A stretch of DNA of 64,000 nt. It comes from Zancudomyces culisetae HAW-14-8. Taxonomy: Eukaryota > Fungi > Kickxellomycota. How positions within the stretch are numbered: the first letter of the stretch is position 1; every line of letters begins with the position of its first letter. The translations under genes and the position numbers were made by a program. Shown in pieces: positions 50,532 through 62,977 of the stretch. The stretch is taken from the NCBI GenBank assembly GCA_052426225.1, contig JBNJNM010000011.1, forward strand, positions 2,914,001 to 2,978,000, given 5' to 3'. A model generated the notes under the pieces. It was not told where the DNA came from. It ran no database searches and saw only the letters and a program-made list of their open reading frames with translations.

Positions 50532-53500
50532 CTTTTATTTAATTTAATATTTTTTACGAATTTTCTTTTTGAAAGATTTGCCTATAGCTTAATTTTACCT
50601 GTGCTTGTTTGTAAACGGCTTTTAAAAATGTGTTTTTGTGTCAACACTCACAAGCACATTCCAGCTAATGAAGTTCTCACCACATCTTTTCTCTTGAGAA
50701 TCTTATATTTTTTTATCGAAACCAACAAAGAATGCTGTTGATACTTCGAGTTGTACCCTGCGCTTAACTGAAATATCTCTCCACGTATTAATTACGTATT
50801 TATAGATTTGAACGTCCTCAAGATCAAGTAAATTTAGACTAGGCCAGCGTAGGTGCCAGTAAAAAAATGGAGCGTGGTCTACAGGCCATATAGTAAAGTA
50901 AATAGTTTGTGTATACTTGCAAGCGTTCAAAAAATTTCAATAACCCGAGATTAAATATAGAACTTTCTTTCCTAAATTCCGGTTTGTAATAGCTCTAATG
51001 GTTTTTAGATACTTCTATTTTGTCTTAAATCACACTTAATTTTCGCTTATTGTTCATAATTACCAAAATCTTGGACTATAGATGAAAAATGCGAATTGCT
51101 GCTATCTAACAAAACACCCTCGAACCTACCTGAGAATGTACAGGGTAAAATCAGAGTTTATTATCCGCAAAGATGATTCAACTCTCCTATCGACGGAAAA
51201 AGTATAAACATTTCTGGTTAATTAGATGTGATTTTTTTCAATTCTCCAAAAGCTGAATAAAAATGCATCTAGATCTTTTTTGTTTTTTTTACATGAATTG
51301 TGCCTGCTTTTCCAAAAACTTTTTCTACATTCTTTAATATAATACACAAACAAGGCTGGTAAACAACTATCAATGTGAAAAATAAGTGACTTGGTGAACC
51401 CGTAAATGCGTAAATCGGGTAATGGATAAAAGCTAGGATTTACCATATACTGGGACCAGCAAAGCCGAATTTTGAATACAGTTAAATGGAAACCCAAAAT
51501 GAATATTGGAGATGTATGGGTCTATTTGTCAGAGATGGTTGTTATAAAAATAACTGGAACGTTTCAGCTGTGACTTTGAAAATCTATAATGCAGTGGGTC
51601 CATTTAAAGTGTTTTTTCCACTGCCTCGAGTGCTTGGAAAGTGTCTGGATCTTACTATAAATTTAGATTGCTATTGCCTATTGCTATTTCTTTGTTCATT
51701 TAATTTATCCAACGCTTATTTGTGAGCGAAATGTATGTGCTTGATCGAATTAAGATGATTTTGTATCCAAACTAAAACTGATAATATCCACTTCCACCCC
51801 CCCCCATCATCGGTACTATCTATGGATGAATCAAAATATGTAGAAAAAAGGGTATCTTATTACGCTTGCTGCAAAAATAATTTCGCTATGTTGAAGCATC
51901 AACTCTGAATGTACATCATTTCTTTCCAATTCTGCTTCTAGAACTTTTTTTTAAAAAAAACATTTTTACAAGGACGTATTCATCATCATTGCAACTTGAG
52001 TTATTACCAGGTTGTTAAACAAAAAATGTATTAGTGCTAAGCTTTACCTCGCAGTTCTACAGGTGCTATCGGAATATTTTTGAATAAACCCGCAACTGGT
52101 ATAGGTTGGGGTTTATCAAAAACCACATTAAAAGTTTATACTAACACTTTTACGAACATTTACACTACGATTTTAATTTTTTTTATGTTCACACTACTGT
52201 TCAGAGTCTCCAAGCCATCTACCCTATACAAAACTATTCTCATCAACCTATTGAAAAATATAACAATAGACACATCAGTCTTTCATTTAAGCAGGCCTTT
52301 TTTTTATAGATAAGGGGCACCGAACCTGAGTATTATGTGATGCTAAAATACGAATTCTCATTCATATGCTTTCTAAACATTAGTCGGCTACAGGTATATT
52401 AGACTGTCCCTGATGTAAATAAAACGATCCATTGCACAAAATAAACGAATCTTGTATTATTCGCTACAGAATCGTACCACACACGCTTCACCTTTGAATA
52501 AGATTCTCCACATGATGCATACAGTTCAAGTGTAACCACAACTGGACAAAAGAAATGATGCAAATAGTCCGTCCATTTTCCAATATTTCGTTCAAAAGCG
52601 TTTTTAGCCTGCCTGGGATTGTTACAGGTCTATTTAGCTTTTGCATTTCGATTCAAGGTATTTTTTTTTGCTAGCTTGCAACCAACTTGATTACAGAAAT
52701 GACTATTCTCCCCTTCCCACTTACTCGGTGGCTAGAAAATCAATTTAAAGTGGAGGTAGTTAGCCAAGGATCAGCCTATTTTTTAAGCCATGAAAAGTTT
52801 CTGGGTTAAACATGTTTGGTTATACAGAACTTTTTTTTGTCCATTGTAAAATAAATACATCAGAAAAAAAGAATTTACAGTTCTAAAAATCCATAAAGAA
52901 CGAGAAATGCGGCAGGTTCACGATGTCTTTCACTCAAAAATCCCTCAATAATCATGGGAAAGCAAATTATTTGTCTTTTAAATCTGGGAGAGTAAAGGTT
53001 TCCATTGCTGTCGTTTTGAGATACATGGCCTGCTTCACGAAGGCGTATTGTATGGGAATAGCTATGGATAATCTGTAAAAATATTTCGGTTGGTAGAGTT
53101 ATTTTTTTTTTTACCGACTTGTCCTTGATACATGGCTGCTGTTATGAAAAAAAAAGGTTTATAGATAGAGAATCAACATTAGCATTGTGGTTTCCACAAG
53201 AAACACAGTGAGTATTGTCGGTTGGGCAGAAGGGCATTATTGGAAATGTATGTAAACCAAATGGGTAACCCAATCGAGGATTTGCGTGTGAACAATGGTT
53301 TGGCAAGTGTATATCGAAAAACGTTTGTTAATTTGGCTGTCATTATTCATCCGCTCTTGGTTACCTCTTTATTAAGCGCCTGTCCTGCTCTTTTTTTTCA
53401 TTAAATCCGCAACAAAAAATATTTTACCAGCTCCAGTAATATCTCAAAATATGGCAGAGCCGGGAAAAGGTTCGCTAAATTACAGACAAAAGGCTAATAA

Positions 53501-54036
53501 TATATTCGCTAGATTTATCCAAAACATGAATTTCAGAGAATATAACCGAAAACAATTACATTTTTTTGATTATTTGGTTATTCGATTATGCCTTCATACA
53601 AATACAAGGTTTCAGACTTGGGAATAAACGGGACTTTGATAATTGCTACAAGAGAAAAAAAAAGAACATAACCTCAAGCTTTGCGAATTCATTCGACAAA
53701 ACCTACGGTGTAATATAAACATCTTGGAGGAGAGGGTATATCAACTTTTCAAAGCCCAAGCTCTAACGCATATTTATGCTTTAGCATTATTAAAACGTTT
53801 AAAAGTATTTAAACAATTAAAAACTATTGTGAAGAATGATTGTGTTTCTGCATTTTCCGTATTCACACAATTTTGATTATTCTCTACACAAATAAAAATA
53901 AAACTGATTATTTGAATCCCAAAAGCTTATTAATTTATCCTACAAAGCAGGAAAAAATTAGGTATACAGCTTCATTAAACAAAAAAATATGCGAAATAGA
54001 AAAACTGCTATTGATAAAAAAAAAAGGCACAGGTAG

Positions 54037-54410
54037 ATTGTTTGATGCATTTTGATTAGGCTGTAGAGCTGTTATTTTGCGGCTTTGGACATTAAATAGC
54101 GGTATTAAAAGATCTAAAAACGTAGGTAGTAGGAATAATTGTGTAGAGTATAAGTAGATGGACAGGCAACAATAGTTGGCATTGTATATAAAAAAAGCTA
54201 AACCCATATAACTAAATAAACATAGTACTGGATAAAGTCCACTATTTAAGTTTTATATAAAGAGGGTATTGTTCTGTAATCGACATCATTTCTGAAAAAA
54301 GAAGCTTTTTGTTATCGGCCTATTCGAAATAATAGTTAACAATACCATTGATTTATATACACTCTGGTATTAAACAAAATACTACTAAACTGCATTTAAT
54401 AAACATTGTT
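54037..54410. promoter_or_regulatory. Cluster of five ATTGTT/AACAAT HMG-box core sites around TATA-like elements
   Basis: Sites at 54037, 54168, 54268, 54338 and 54405; TATATAAA at about 54185 and 54254. They lie upstream of the HMG-box gene. Confidence 0.45.
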
Positions 54411-54759
54411 TAAAGGTAAAACCCCTATTCCTAGAGTATTATAGCGAGTTAAAATCTCATCAGAAGGTAATTAAACGTCGATATAAACGGCATAAGCATC
54501 TGATTGTAAATATATATTTCCCAATAATTCTTCCCTTTAACCAAGCTGTGCTTGAATAAGAGTATGGTTTGTATGGATACTACCCAAACAGGATTATTTT
54601 TTTTTTGAAGATCATGGAAATATATAAGCGAAAATAAGCGAAAATAGGCAAAGCTAATTGCTAATTTGGATATAAACATATAGATATAAGCCAATTTGGT
54701 ACATTCCTGTGGCTAGAAACATTGCGAAGTCAGGGTCAGAAAATAGAAGAGAAAACAAA

Positions 54760-56352
54760 ATGGAAAGTGGAAAACTTGACTATTTAAATACATTAACAGA
54801 TAAGTGCTCACCAGGTGATGAGATCAATACATTGGTAGCTAGTTCCAATGGTTCTGAAGAATATAAAAACAGTAAAATTTATGACACGCATTCGCTAAAT
54901 GGCTATAAGGTCATGCAAAGCTATGCAGATGGCGTATACAACACAGAAATATCACAAGGCGTGGTTCAGATGGGGGTGGAACAACAAAACTTGGGCTCTA
55001 AAGGGTCATTAGGTACACAGCTTCCCACTAAAACCGAAGATCAGAATGTTTCACCTACTTGTATAAATTCACATAACGGAAATACCAACTTTGAAGGATT
55101 GGAATTGGGAAATAAAGAATTTGATGGATCTGGATATGATATGAGCAAGAAGGAGAACAGATCAGTAAAACCAAAGCGAACTCCTCGCCCGGCAAATGCA
55201 TTTATTCTCTACCGAAAAAATAAGCAGGCAGAGGTGATAAAAAATAATCCAGGGGTTTCCAACAAGGAAATATCATGTATAATAGGGAAAATGTGGAGAG
55301 AAGAAACAAGTGAAATTAGGAACGAGTATAGAGTTAAAGCTGAGGAAGAAAAGAAAAAACACAAGATTCTCTACCCAGACTACAAATACCAGCCACGAAA
55401 GTCCAAAAAGTTCTATCGACTAGACAACGATATAAACTTTGGAGAATATAGCTATTATGGTGAACCAATGCCAAATCAAATGTTTTACTCAGGACAGGGC
55501 TATGGTGGCTACAACCCAGTAGTGTACGACATTCCTGAGGTTTCCAGAGATAGTTATGTACACTCAACTCAAAACAATGTAGGTTATATGGGTATTCAAA
55601 ATGCACGAGATATGCAGTTGCAGAGCTACGCAAAAAACATTGAAGTAAAGCAGAGTCAACCCAGAATCAACTCGCTTTCGGAAGTACCCTACCCCCAGAG
55701 CCAGATGGTCACAAACATGTCTCGACAACTTCCTCATCCAAATCAGAAGAATAGCAGCTATATGGGTGATAGCTTTATCCCAGGGTCGCTGGGGCCTAAA
55801 ATCAACACCTCTCAGTTGTGGGGAAAAGGAAACATGAATGATAATCTAGAACTAGATTCAATGACACCGACCGGCGATAATTCGTATATTTCGACAATAC
55901 TTCCCAAACAAATCACCAAAATTCCTACCATCTACGCGGACAGTAATCGGATTCCTGATATGAACTTTGCACACATAAACAATCCATTGGGGCCTGAGCA
56001 TACCAACGTGATTAATTACAACAAGATAAGAAGTCCATATTATGGTAGCCCAACCAAATCAAATTATCCCATGCCATTTGGCGAAGAATATCCACAGTTC
56101 TACAACAAAAATAACACAAGGCCTGAAGAACAAGTTGATAGTAAGCAGGGGACAAACAATATGAGGTATACGCAAGTTGGCCAAAGAACGGTTAAGAGCT
56201 TAGATCCTGGCCTTGACTCGGATTACCGAGTGGGAAACTATCAACAAAGGAAACAGCAGGCCTATAATGAAAACTCAAATGGTCTCGTATACCAGCAGGG
56301 TAGCATGTTCTCACTACCACTGGTTACTGATATTCATGGAAACAATATGTAA
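54760..56352 (+). CDS. Sequence-specific HMG-box transcription factor (MATA_HMG/SOX/ROX1 class)
   Basis: PRPANAFILYRK...NPGVSNKEISCIIGKMW...YRVKAEEEKKKHKILYPDYKYQPRK. First ATG at 54760. Confidence 0.93.
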   Translation: MESGKLDYLNTLTDKCSPGDEINTLVASSNGSEEYKNSKIYDTHSLNGYKVMQSYADGVYNTEISQGVVQMGVEQQNLGSKGSLGTQLPTKTEDQNVSPTCINSHNGNTNFEGLELGNKEFDGSGYDMSKKENRSVKPKRTPRPANAFILYRKNKQAEVIKNNPGVSNKEISCIIGKMWREETSEIRNEYRVKAEEEKKKHKILYPDYKYQPRKSKKFYRLDNDINFGEYSYYGEPMPNQMFYSGQGYGGYNPVVYDIPEVSRDSYVHSTQNNVGYMGIQNARDMQLQSYAKNIEVKQSQPRINSLSEVPYPQSQMVTNMSRQLPHPNQKNSSYMGDSFIPGSLGPKINTSQLWGKGNMNDNLELDSMTPTGDNSYISTILPKQITKIPTIYADSNRIPDMNFAHINNPLGPEHTNVINYNKIRSPYYGSPTKSNYPMPFGEEYPQFYNKNNTRPEEQVDSKQGTNNMRYTQVGQRTVKSLDPGLDSDYRVGNYQQRKQQAYNENSNGLVYQQGSMFSLPLVTDIHGNNM

Positions 56353-57355
56353 TTGACTAAAAAGATGGTGAATATACCACTTGGAGTTTAGTTTTATTTT
56401 CTATTCAAATTTTATTTTTATCGCGCATTGATATAGCAATACTATTACAATTATACTTAGAGCATCGTACAAATAAATGTGGTTGAAACAACTAGCAAAC
56501 AGTACAAGTTTTAAGAAAAAAAAATCAATACTCACAGCACATGGAAAAAAGTAATTGTGCACATCATTGTTATTGAAAAAAATACTAAACCAAGATGAAG
56601 CAAAGGATCAAATTTAATTCAATCTGAATGACTGGAAGAAGTGGTATTTTGGACCTGAGTACACAATCTCTTACCACCAACACCAAAAGCTGCAACAGTA
56701 TTAAAAACCATAAAACCATAAAACCAAGATTAAATGAAAGTGGGAATTTTCCAGACAATCCTATATATAGTACTCTTTGAGAGGTATTCAAGGTATGTAT
56801 GCTGATATTGGTTTTGTGATAGGTTAGTTATAATCAACTCTATCTCAGACCAGTCTGGCTTTTAGTATCAATTAACACAAGAATCAGTTTGGTTTTCCTC
56901 TAAAAAAAGACTGTGATATATGTTACTAGAGTTTGAATACATGCTATCTGTTATTTTAAGTGCGTGTATATACAACATCTGTGGGATTGCTGATACTGAT
57001 TATTTGTAGCCTTACACAATCGTTTTGTATTTCGATTTTACGAGTATTCAGAATTTGTAGTTCATAAACACAAATAATTGAGAGGTGTAAAATAAGAAAA
57101 CGAAACAAAATAAATTCTAGCATATTAAAACTCAATCCCCCAATAAATTATTATTTGAAATATTGCACTTACAAACAAAATATCATTATTTAAAATCCAC
57201 TTTTCTGTTGAGAATTAAATATACAAGTGATTACAGGGGGTAAATTACCACATCCAAAAAAATAATCAGCCGAAACGGAACAACAGGGGCCTAGCCTTCA
57301 TTTTATTTACAGCTTTTCCAGTATACTTTATAAATCAGATATATTTTACCGCGAA

Positions 57356-59365
57356 ATGGAAATACCACAAACATCAGCAACGAATTATGGTGACATGCAG
57401 GAGGTCATTGACGATTTATCTACGTAAGTAAAAAAAACAGTTACTATCATAAGGGGAGGGGAAAGAGGGGAAAGAGGGGTAAGAGTAGAATACAACGTCC
57501 GCACTAATTTTAAAGTGAAAAATTCAAAAAAAAAGAGCAACGAAAAAAGCAAAAGTGAGATAAACACGCATCCTTGCATTTATTCTATTCTTACGTTTTT
57601 TCTTATATTCTTATCAGTCTTATTATTATTATCATTTTTATCGCCATTATCATTTTTATCACCACTATCATTTTTATCACCATTATCATTATATTGCAAA
57701 CAATAGTCGATTCATCATAAACATTCCAAGAGAAGAGCTTTCAACGATAGAGCGGATATTTTTTCAGATCGAAGAAGCCCACTGGTTTTATGAAGACTTC
57801 ATAGTTGAACAGAATCCTAATTTACAATCAATGTCATTAAAGAACTTTGCAGCAATAATGTTACAACAGAATCCAGCATTAAATCAATTAAGGCTGAACC
57901 CTTCTGAAGTATATCAGTCGTTTTTGAACTACAAATTCAAAGTTCCTGCTTGTGGGTCGATAATATTTAATGAGAGTATGAATAAGGTAAGAAGACGGAA
58001 ATTGAGGGGGAAAGGTTAGAAAGGAAAAGTAGAAATAGAAAATTATATCGAATAATATCGAAAAGTCACAAAACAAAACGATATGAACATAATTTAAAGG
58101 AAATAAAGAAAATAAAGAAAATAAAAGAAATAAAGAAAATAAAAGAAATAAAGAAAATAAAAGAAATAAAGAAAATAAAGGAAACATATACACCGATATA
58201 AAATCATGTATACATAAATAGGTAATACTGGTAAAAGGTTGGCACTCAAGATCAGGTTGGAGTTTTCCACAAGGGAAAATCAATAAAGATGAAACAGAAA
58301 AAGATTGTGCCAAAAGGGAAACAATGGAGGAAGTAGGCTTTGATATTGGACCTTATTTAAAAGATAATGAATACATTGAAAGAAATGTAGCAAAACATCG
58401 TATACGGCTCTATTATATCACAGGAATTCCAGAAAGTACAGAATTCAAAACTAAAACACGAAAAGAGATTAGCCAAATAAAATGGGTATCTATAATGGAA
58501 TTGTTAGCGGTTAATCGACCAGACAGAATAAGAGATGAAGGAGATCTTAAAGAGTCGATGCTGTTTTTTGTAAAGCCATTTATACTGTAAGAACAACAAT
58601 ATTTATGACGAGAGATATATTGTGTGTAATATATATAATGCTATTATGTGAATGAATACTTGATTTATTTGTTTATGATGTAGGCCTCTTTATCACTATG
58701 TTTTGAGAAAGTTATCAAACAAAACCACACCACCAGGTCAAACAAAGCAGCACAAACCAACTAATATACCCAGGACTGGATCAGTAGGAGCAGGAAGTAT
58801 GACAAAGTCGATAGGGAATGGATCACAACACCCAAATTCAAACAAAATGAATACCCAAGACTTTTTTAAAAGTGTAGGAGCGGCCACATTACAAAAAGGT
58901 ATGGCAAAGTTGTTATTTAAGGCAAACATTTAAAAGATATTTTGCAGTTTCAACGGAATACAAGTAGAAATTGTCATGAGAGATATTTAAGTAGCATGAT
59001 GGTTAGCTGAAATAATTGATATAAAATATGTATTAGACAAAGCAGGCAGGGCAGAAAAAGTAGAAAAAGTAGAAAAAGTAGACAAGGTCAAAACACCTAA
59101 CCATATTCGAGGTACAATAGGATTATTCAAACCAAGCCCAATATTGAACATCAAAGGAGAAGGAAAAAACGGCTATTTGAACAGTGGGATGTGTGGTTTA
59201 AGCAATGGGCGGGTTTATAACGAAAACAATAACAACAACGGTAACGATGGAAATGGTAGCAGCGGCGAGAATAAAACTAAAACCAACAACCCAACCGGAT
59301 TTCAATTTGACATAGCTAGGATTATGGAAGCGTACAACAATACACAGAGATGCGAGTCAATATAA
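57356..59365 (+). CDS. DCP2: mRNA decapping enzyme Dcp2
   Basis: Five exons. Box A RFIINIPREEL...FFQIEEAHWFYEDF, Nudix box GWSFPQGKINKDETEKDCAKRETMEEVGFD, and TKTRKEISQIKW. Confidence 0.93.
57626..57692. repeat. 18-bp tandem repeat in DCP2 intron 1
   Basis: About 3.5 units of TTATCATTTTTATC(A/G)CCA. Confidence 0.75.
58100..58180. repeat. 9/18-bp A-rich tandem repeat in DCP2 intron 2
   Basis: AAATAAAGA/AAATAAAAG units. Confidence 0.8.
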
Positions 59366-60004
59366 ATGATGAAGATCTATACATTAGTGAGTAGAGAAGG
59401 TAATAGTGGGTGTATGATTATTAAACTATTAGTCTAATATATCCACAGATATGCAGTTCACGCGTATTGATATTTTAGAATGCTGAAATATTAGGACTAA
59501 GGGTGATTATACAGTTGAACTAATTATATGGAAAATGCAGCAAAATTCAAGAAAATAAACATCATTATTGGAATTTGGAATTATTTATACTTTTTTTTTT
59601 GTAGAATAGTGATTCTTATATGTATGTATGTGATGTATTGGTATTTAAAGTAAAAACGATTAATTATAAGAGTATAAACATTGAATATACCATAATGAAG
59701 AGTTGGTGAATTGGTAGAAGGTTTATGGAGAGACAATAAAAGTTGAAACCAATATAATTAGTGAGTAGTAAATGTAAGCAATAAACGATCATGCTGACCA
59801 ATGGTGGTCAATTGGTGACATTCTATTCGCAGGGTATTATTGATTTTGATTCACATAATGGAAAAGAAAAAAGTGCAAATAAATATACCGAGTTAGACAT
59901 CTGAACTACCAAACACAAAAAAAAATATAACACTTTTTGTAATCAACTTACTTTCACTCCAACTTACTTTTACTCCAACAACTAACAATTAACACTGTAC
60001 AAAT

Positions 60005-61173
60005 ATGGAAACAGACCTCGTTGGAAATGACACTTCGATCACCGAAACAGTGGAAAATCTGAGAATGAAGAAACTGCTAACGGTTCTTAATCGATCTATG
60101 GACAAAGTGCTTCAGAGTTTCAGGTATTTGTTTTAAAACTGTTTTATACAACATGGGTGCGAATTACCCCCCCCCCTCCCCCCCTCCTCCCCACTCACTC
60201 CTTCTGTTATACATTTGGAAAAAATAAAAACTAAACTAACACAACAATATCTTTTGAATTGAATAATATAGTTATGAAAGTTTTAAAACTATTTTTCCAC
60301 AACTATACCAAGAAATGGGTGACAATCTAAAAGATTTACACAACGAACTATGTGGAGATTTACTGAAGAACACTCAGGTAAGTATACTCAAATACAATGT
60401 GTTTATATAAAATAAAGCAATAATTTACCAACCAAGTGGCAGAGATAGTGGTTATAATAGCGTTTACATTTCTGCTTTGCGGTAAAGGCGTGGTATTAAT
60501 GTATATTACTGTTGATTGGTTTATAGGATGATTTCTCATCGATACTAGTGATGCATAACATTGAAAATAAGTTTACAGAGCTTGATAGAATGATTAGTGA
60601 AGCTAAACAAAAATCACAAATAGATGACAGTATTGTTGAGTAAGTGTACACCGAAACAAAATTAAAGTAGAGTGCAACTATTTGAATATATATTTTCTGT
60701 TGTTTCCAGACTATACCGATATTACAGATATTGTGATATTTGAATAGACAGGTATTGACACCGAACGAAATAATATATGGCAGAATATCACAAACAGTTT
60801 CCGAAACACTAGCATTGTTTAAGCAGGATTTGGAGTTACAAAGACAAAGGAATAGTGAACTTTTAAAAAGAGTAGAAAGCAGTAAAAATGAATTGGAGCA
60901 GCTAACAGACCGACTTTTGAAAGTATCTGGTGTGATTTCGAAGAGTATTTGAATAAAACCCGTGCGGTGGTGCTGTGGATATAGTGGGGATATAGTGAAC
61001 ATACTGTGAGGATACTGTGCGGATACTGTGAGAATATACCTGTTGATAGTTGTAACGATAATAGATTTTGTATCTTGTATCTTGTGTCTTGTATCTTGTG
61101 TCTTGTACCTTGTATCATGCTTTCTTTGATATTTGTGTTGAACATCTAGAATGAAGCCAATGTCAAAATATAA
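60005..61173 (+). CDS. NNF1: Kinetochore Mis12/MIND complex subunit Nnf1-like
   Basis: Five exons give LRMKKLLTVLNRSMDK, SYESFKTIFPQL, DDFSSILVMHNIENKFTELDRMISEAK and LTPNEII, followed by a coiled coil. Confidence 0.75.
61069..61115. repeat. 7-bp tandem repeat (TGTATCT/TGTGTCT) in the last NNF1 intron
   Basis: Read directly. Confidence 0.75.
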
Positions 61174-61633
61174 CAATTCATATAATAGAACACTACAATG
61201 TTACAATTTGGTATTTAAACCAATATTTATATACAGTTCAAATCAAGTTTATAAAAGTGATCCTACCGTATTCAAGAAAATACAAAAATATATCCAAAAG
61301 CTAGTACCATTCTAAACGTTTATATATAAATATGGTTATCATTATGTTGTATTTGTGTATTTTTATCACAAGCCTTTTGAAACTCAGAACCAATTAGCCA
61401 AATGATAACTACGCGTATTTTTATTTCTATTGGTTTTGTCCCTTTATTTTTGCCATTTCCTTTCACTTTTACTTTTACTTTTCCTTTCCCTTTTCCTCCA
61501 CCTTTTCATTCAATAATTTCTAACACTAAACTATAAGAGTTATTATAACAAATTTAAACGGTAACAGACTGGATAGACCAAAATATACACAGTAAATTAT
61601 ATTTTAAATAGAATATTTTAAAAAAAACCTCAA

Positions 61634-62971
61634 ATGATAAAATCCCACAAATCAATAGCCACCAAACTCTGTCGCACCATAAAGTCAGTGGTTGGTGCCA
61701 GGAACTTTATAACAATATCAATAGAAAACCTTCCAAAAAAGTTTTATACAAACAATATTCTCGAAGAATACACAAGAAAACAAATCAAAAAAGTAACAGT
61801 ACGACAATTGGTACATTATGGTAGGAGTATTACCGAGGCGAAATTACTCGCATCTGCTAACTACGTCCGAACCGAGCTTCCTGTACGGCTGGCTCATAGA
61901 ATAAAGGATTTTCAGTTTATGCCGTTCATATGTGGTAACAACTCACATTTAATTCAAGTATATAATCTATACTGGAAAGCCTTTGACGACTTTAGAAAAG
62001 CACCAGAAATCAAGACCGTTGAAGATGTAGTTTCGTATTGCAAGTTTGTACAAGAAAGTGTTAATGAGCATTACAAAGTTATTCCGCATTTGGTTGTAGG
62101 AATTGCAGAATGTGTAGGGCTTGTAGAACCAGCACTTATAGAAAGGTTTGCAAGTTCAATGTTGATGACTAGAATATCAAGAAGAACTCTTGCAGAGCAG
62201 CAAGTAGCACTTACAAATAAGTTTATTGAACTTGGAGGAGGAGCAACAAACAAAAATAACAATATTGCTAACAATACAGGGAATGATGATGATAAAGAAC
62301 AAACTCGTATAGGAATAGTCGATACTAGCTGTAACATATCAAATTTGATCCAAGATTGTGCAGTCAAAGTTCAACGTTCGTTTGAGAAGGCATACAATAT
62401 GCAACAAGAGTTTGCACCTCGTGTAATCATTGAGGGTTCTGTAGACACAACAATAATGTGTATTCCTGAATATGTAGATTATATTATGTATGCAATAATT
62501 AAAAATGCAATGGGAGTAACTATAAAAAAAGGATTGAAAAATAATACACAATCCAACTCACAATCCAACTTACAATCCAACTCACAGTTCAATTTCGATC
62601 CTATTATCGTTACAGTATGCTCAACAAAAACTGATATTACAATCCGAATCTCAGATAGTGGAGGAGGAATGGAAAACGATATGTTAAGCCAGGTATGGTT
62701 GTTTGGATCTCCTTTAAAGGTCAATCTGCTATCAAATTTTGAATCTGTAAAAACAAAACAAGCAAAGGTCGATGAAGAAGTCAATATATCTCCTCTAACG
62801 TCATTTGGGTTTGGACTCCCCATGTCCAGAACATTTGCCAAGTATTGGGGTGGTGATATAACTATCCATTCGCTTCCTGGATATGGTGTTGATGTATATG
62901 TAACTCTACCAAAGTTAGGAAATGTTGCTGAGCATTTGACTGATGAAGATTCTGAAGAAGGGTTTGAGTGA
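61634..62971 (+). CDS. Mitochondrial alpha-ketoacid dehydrogenase kinase (PDK/BCKDK family)
   Basis: SANYVRTELPVRLAHRIKDFQ, RISRRTLAEQ, IIKNAM, IRISDSGGG, GFGLPMSRTFAKYWGG and GYGVDVY. Confidence 0.93.
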   Translation: MIKSHKSIATKLCRTIKSVVGARNFITISIENLPKKFYTNNILEEYTRKQIKKVTVRQLVHYGRSITEAKLLASANYVRTELPVRLAHRIKDFQFMPFICGNNSHLIQVYNLYWKAFDDFRKAPEIKTVEDVVSYCKFVQESVNEHYKVIPHLVVGIAECVGLVEPALIERFASSMLMTRISRRTLAEQQVALTNKFIELGGGATNKNNNIANNTGNDDDKEQTRIGIVDTSCNISNLIQDCAVKVQRSFEKAYNMQQEFAPRVIIEGSVDTTIMCIPEYVDYIMYAIIKNAMGVTIKKGLKNNTQSNSQSNLQSNSQFNFDPIIVTVCSTKTDITIRISDSGGGMENDMLSQVWLFGSPLKVNLLSNFESVKTKQAKVDEEVNISPLTSFGFGLPMSRTFAKYWGGDITIHSLPGYGVDVYVTLPKLGNVAEHLTDEDSEEGFE

Positions 62972-62977
62972 TATTAA

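Noticed and set aside
60496-61176. 226-aa minus-strand ORF
   Set aside because: Antisense to NNF1 exons and the 7-bp intron repeat; no recognisable protein features.
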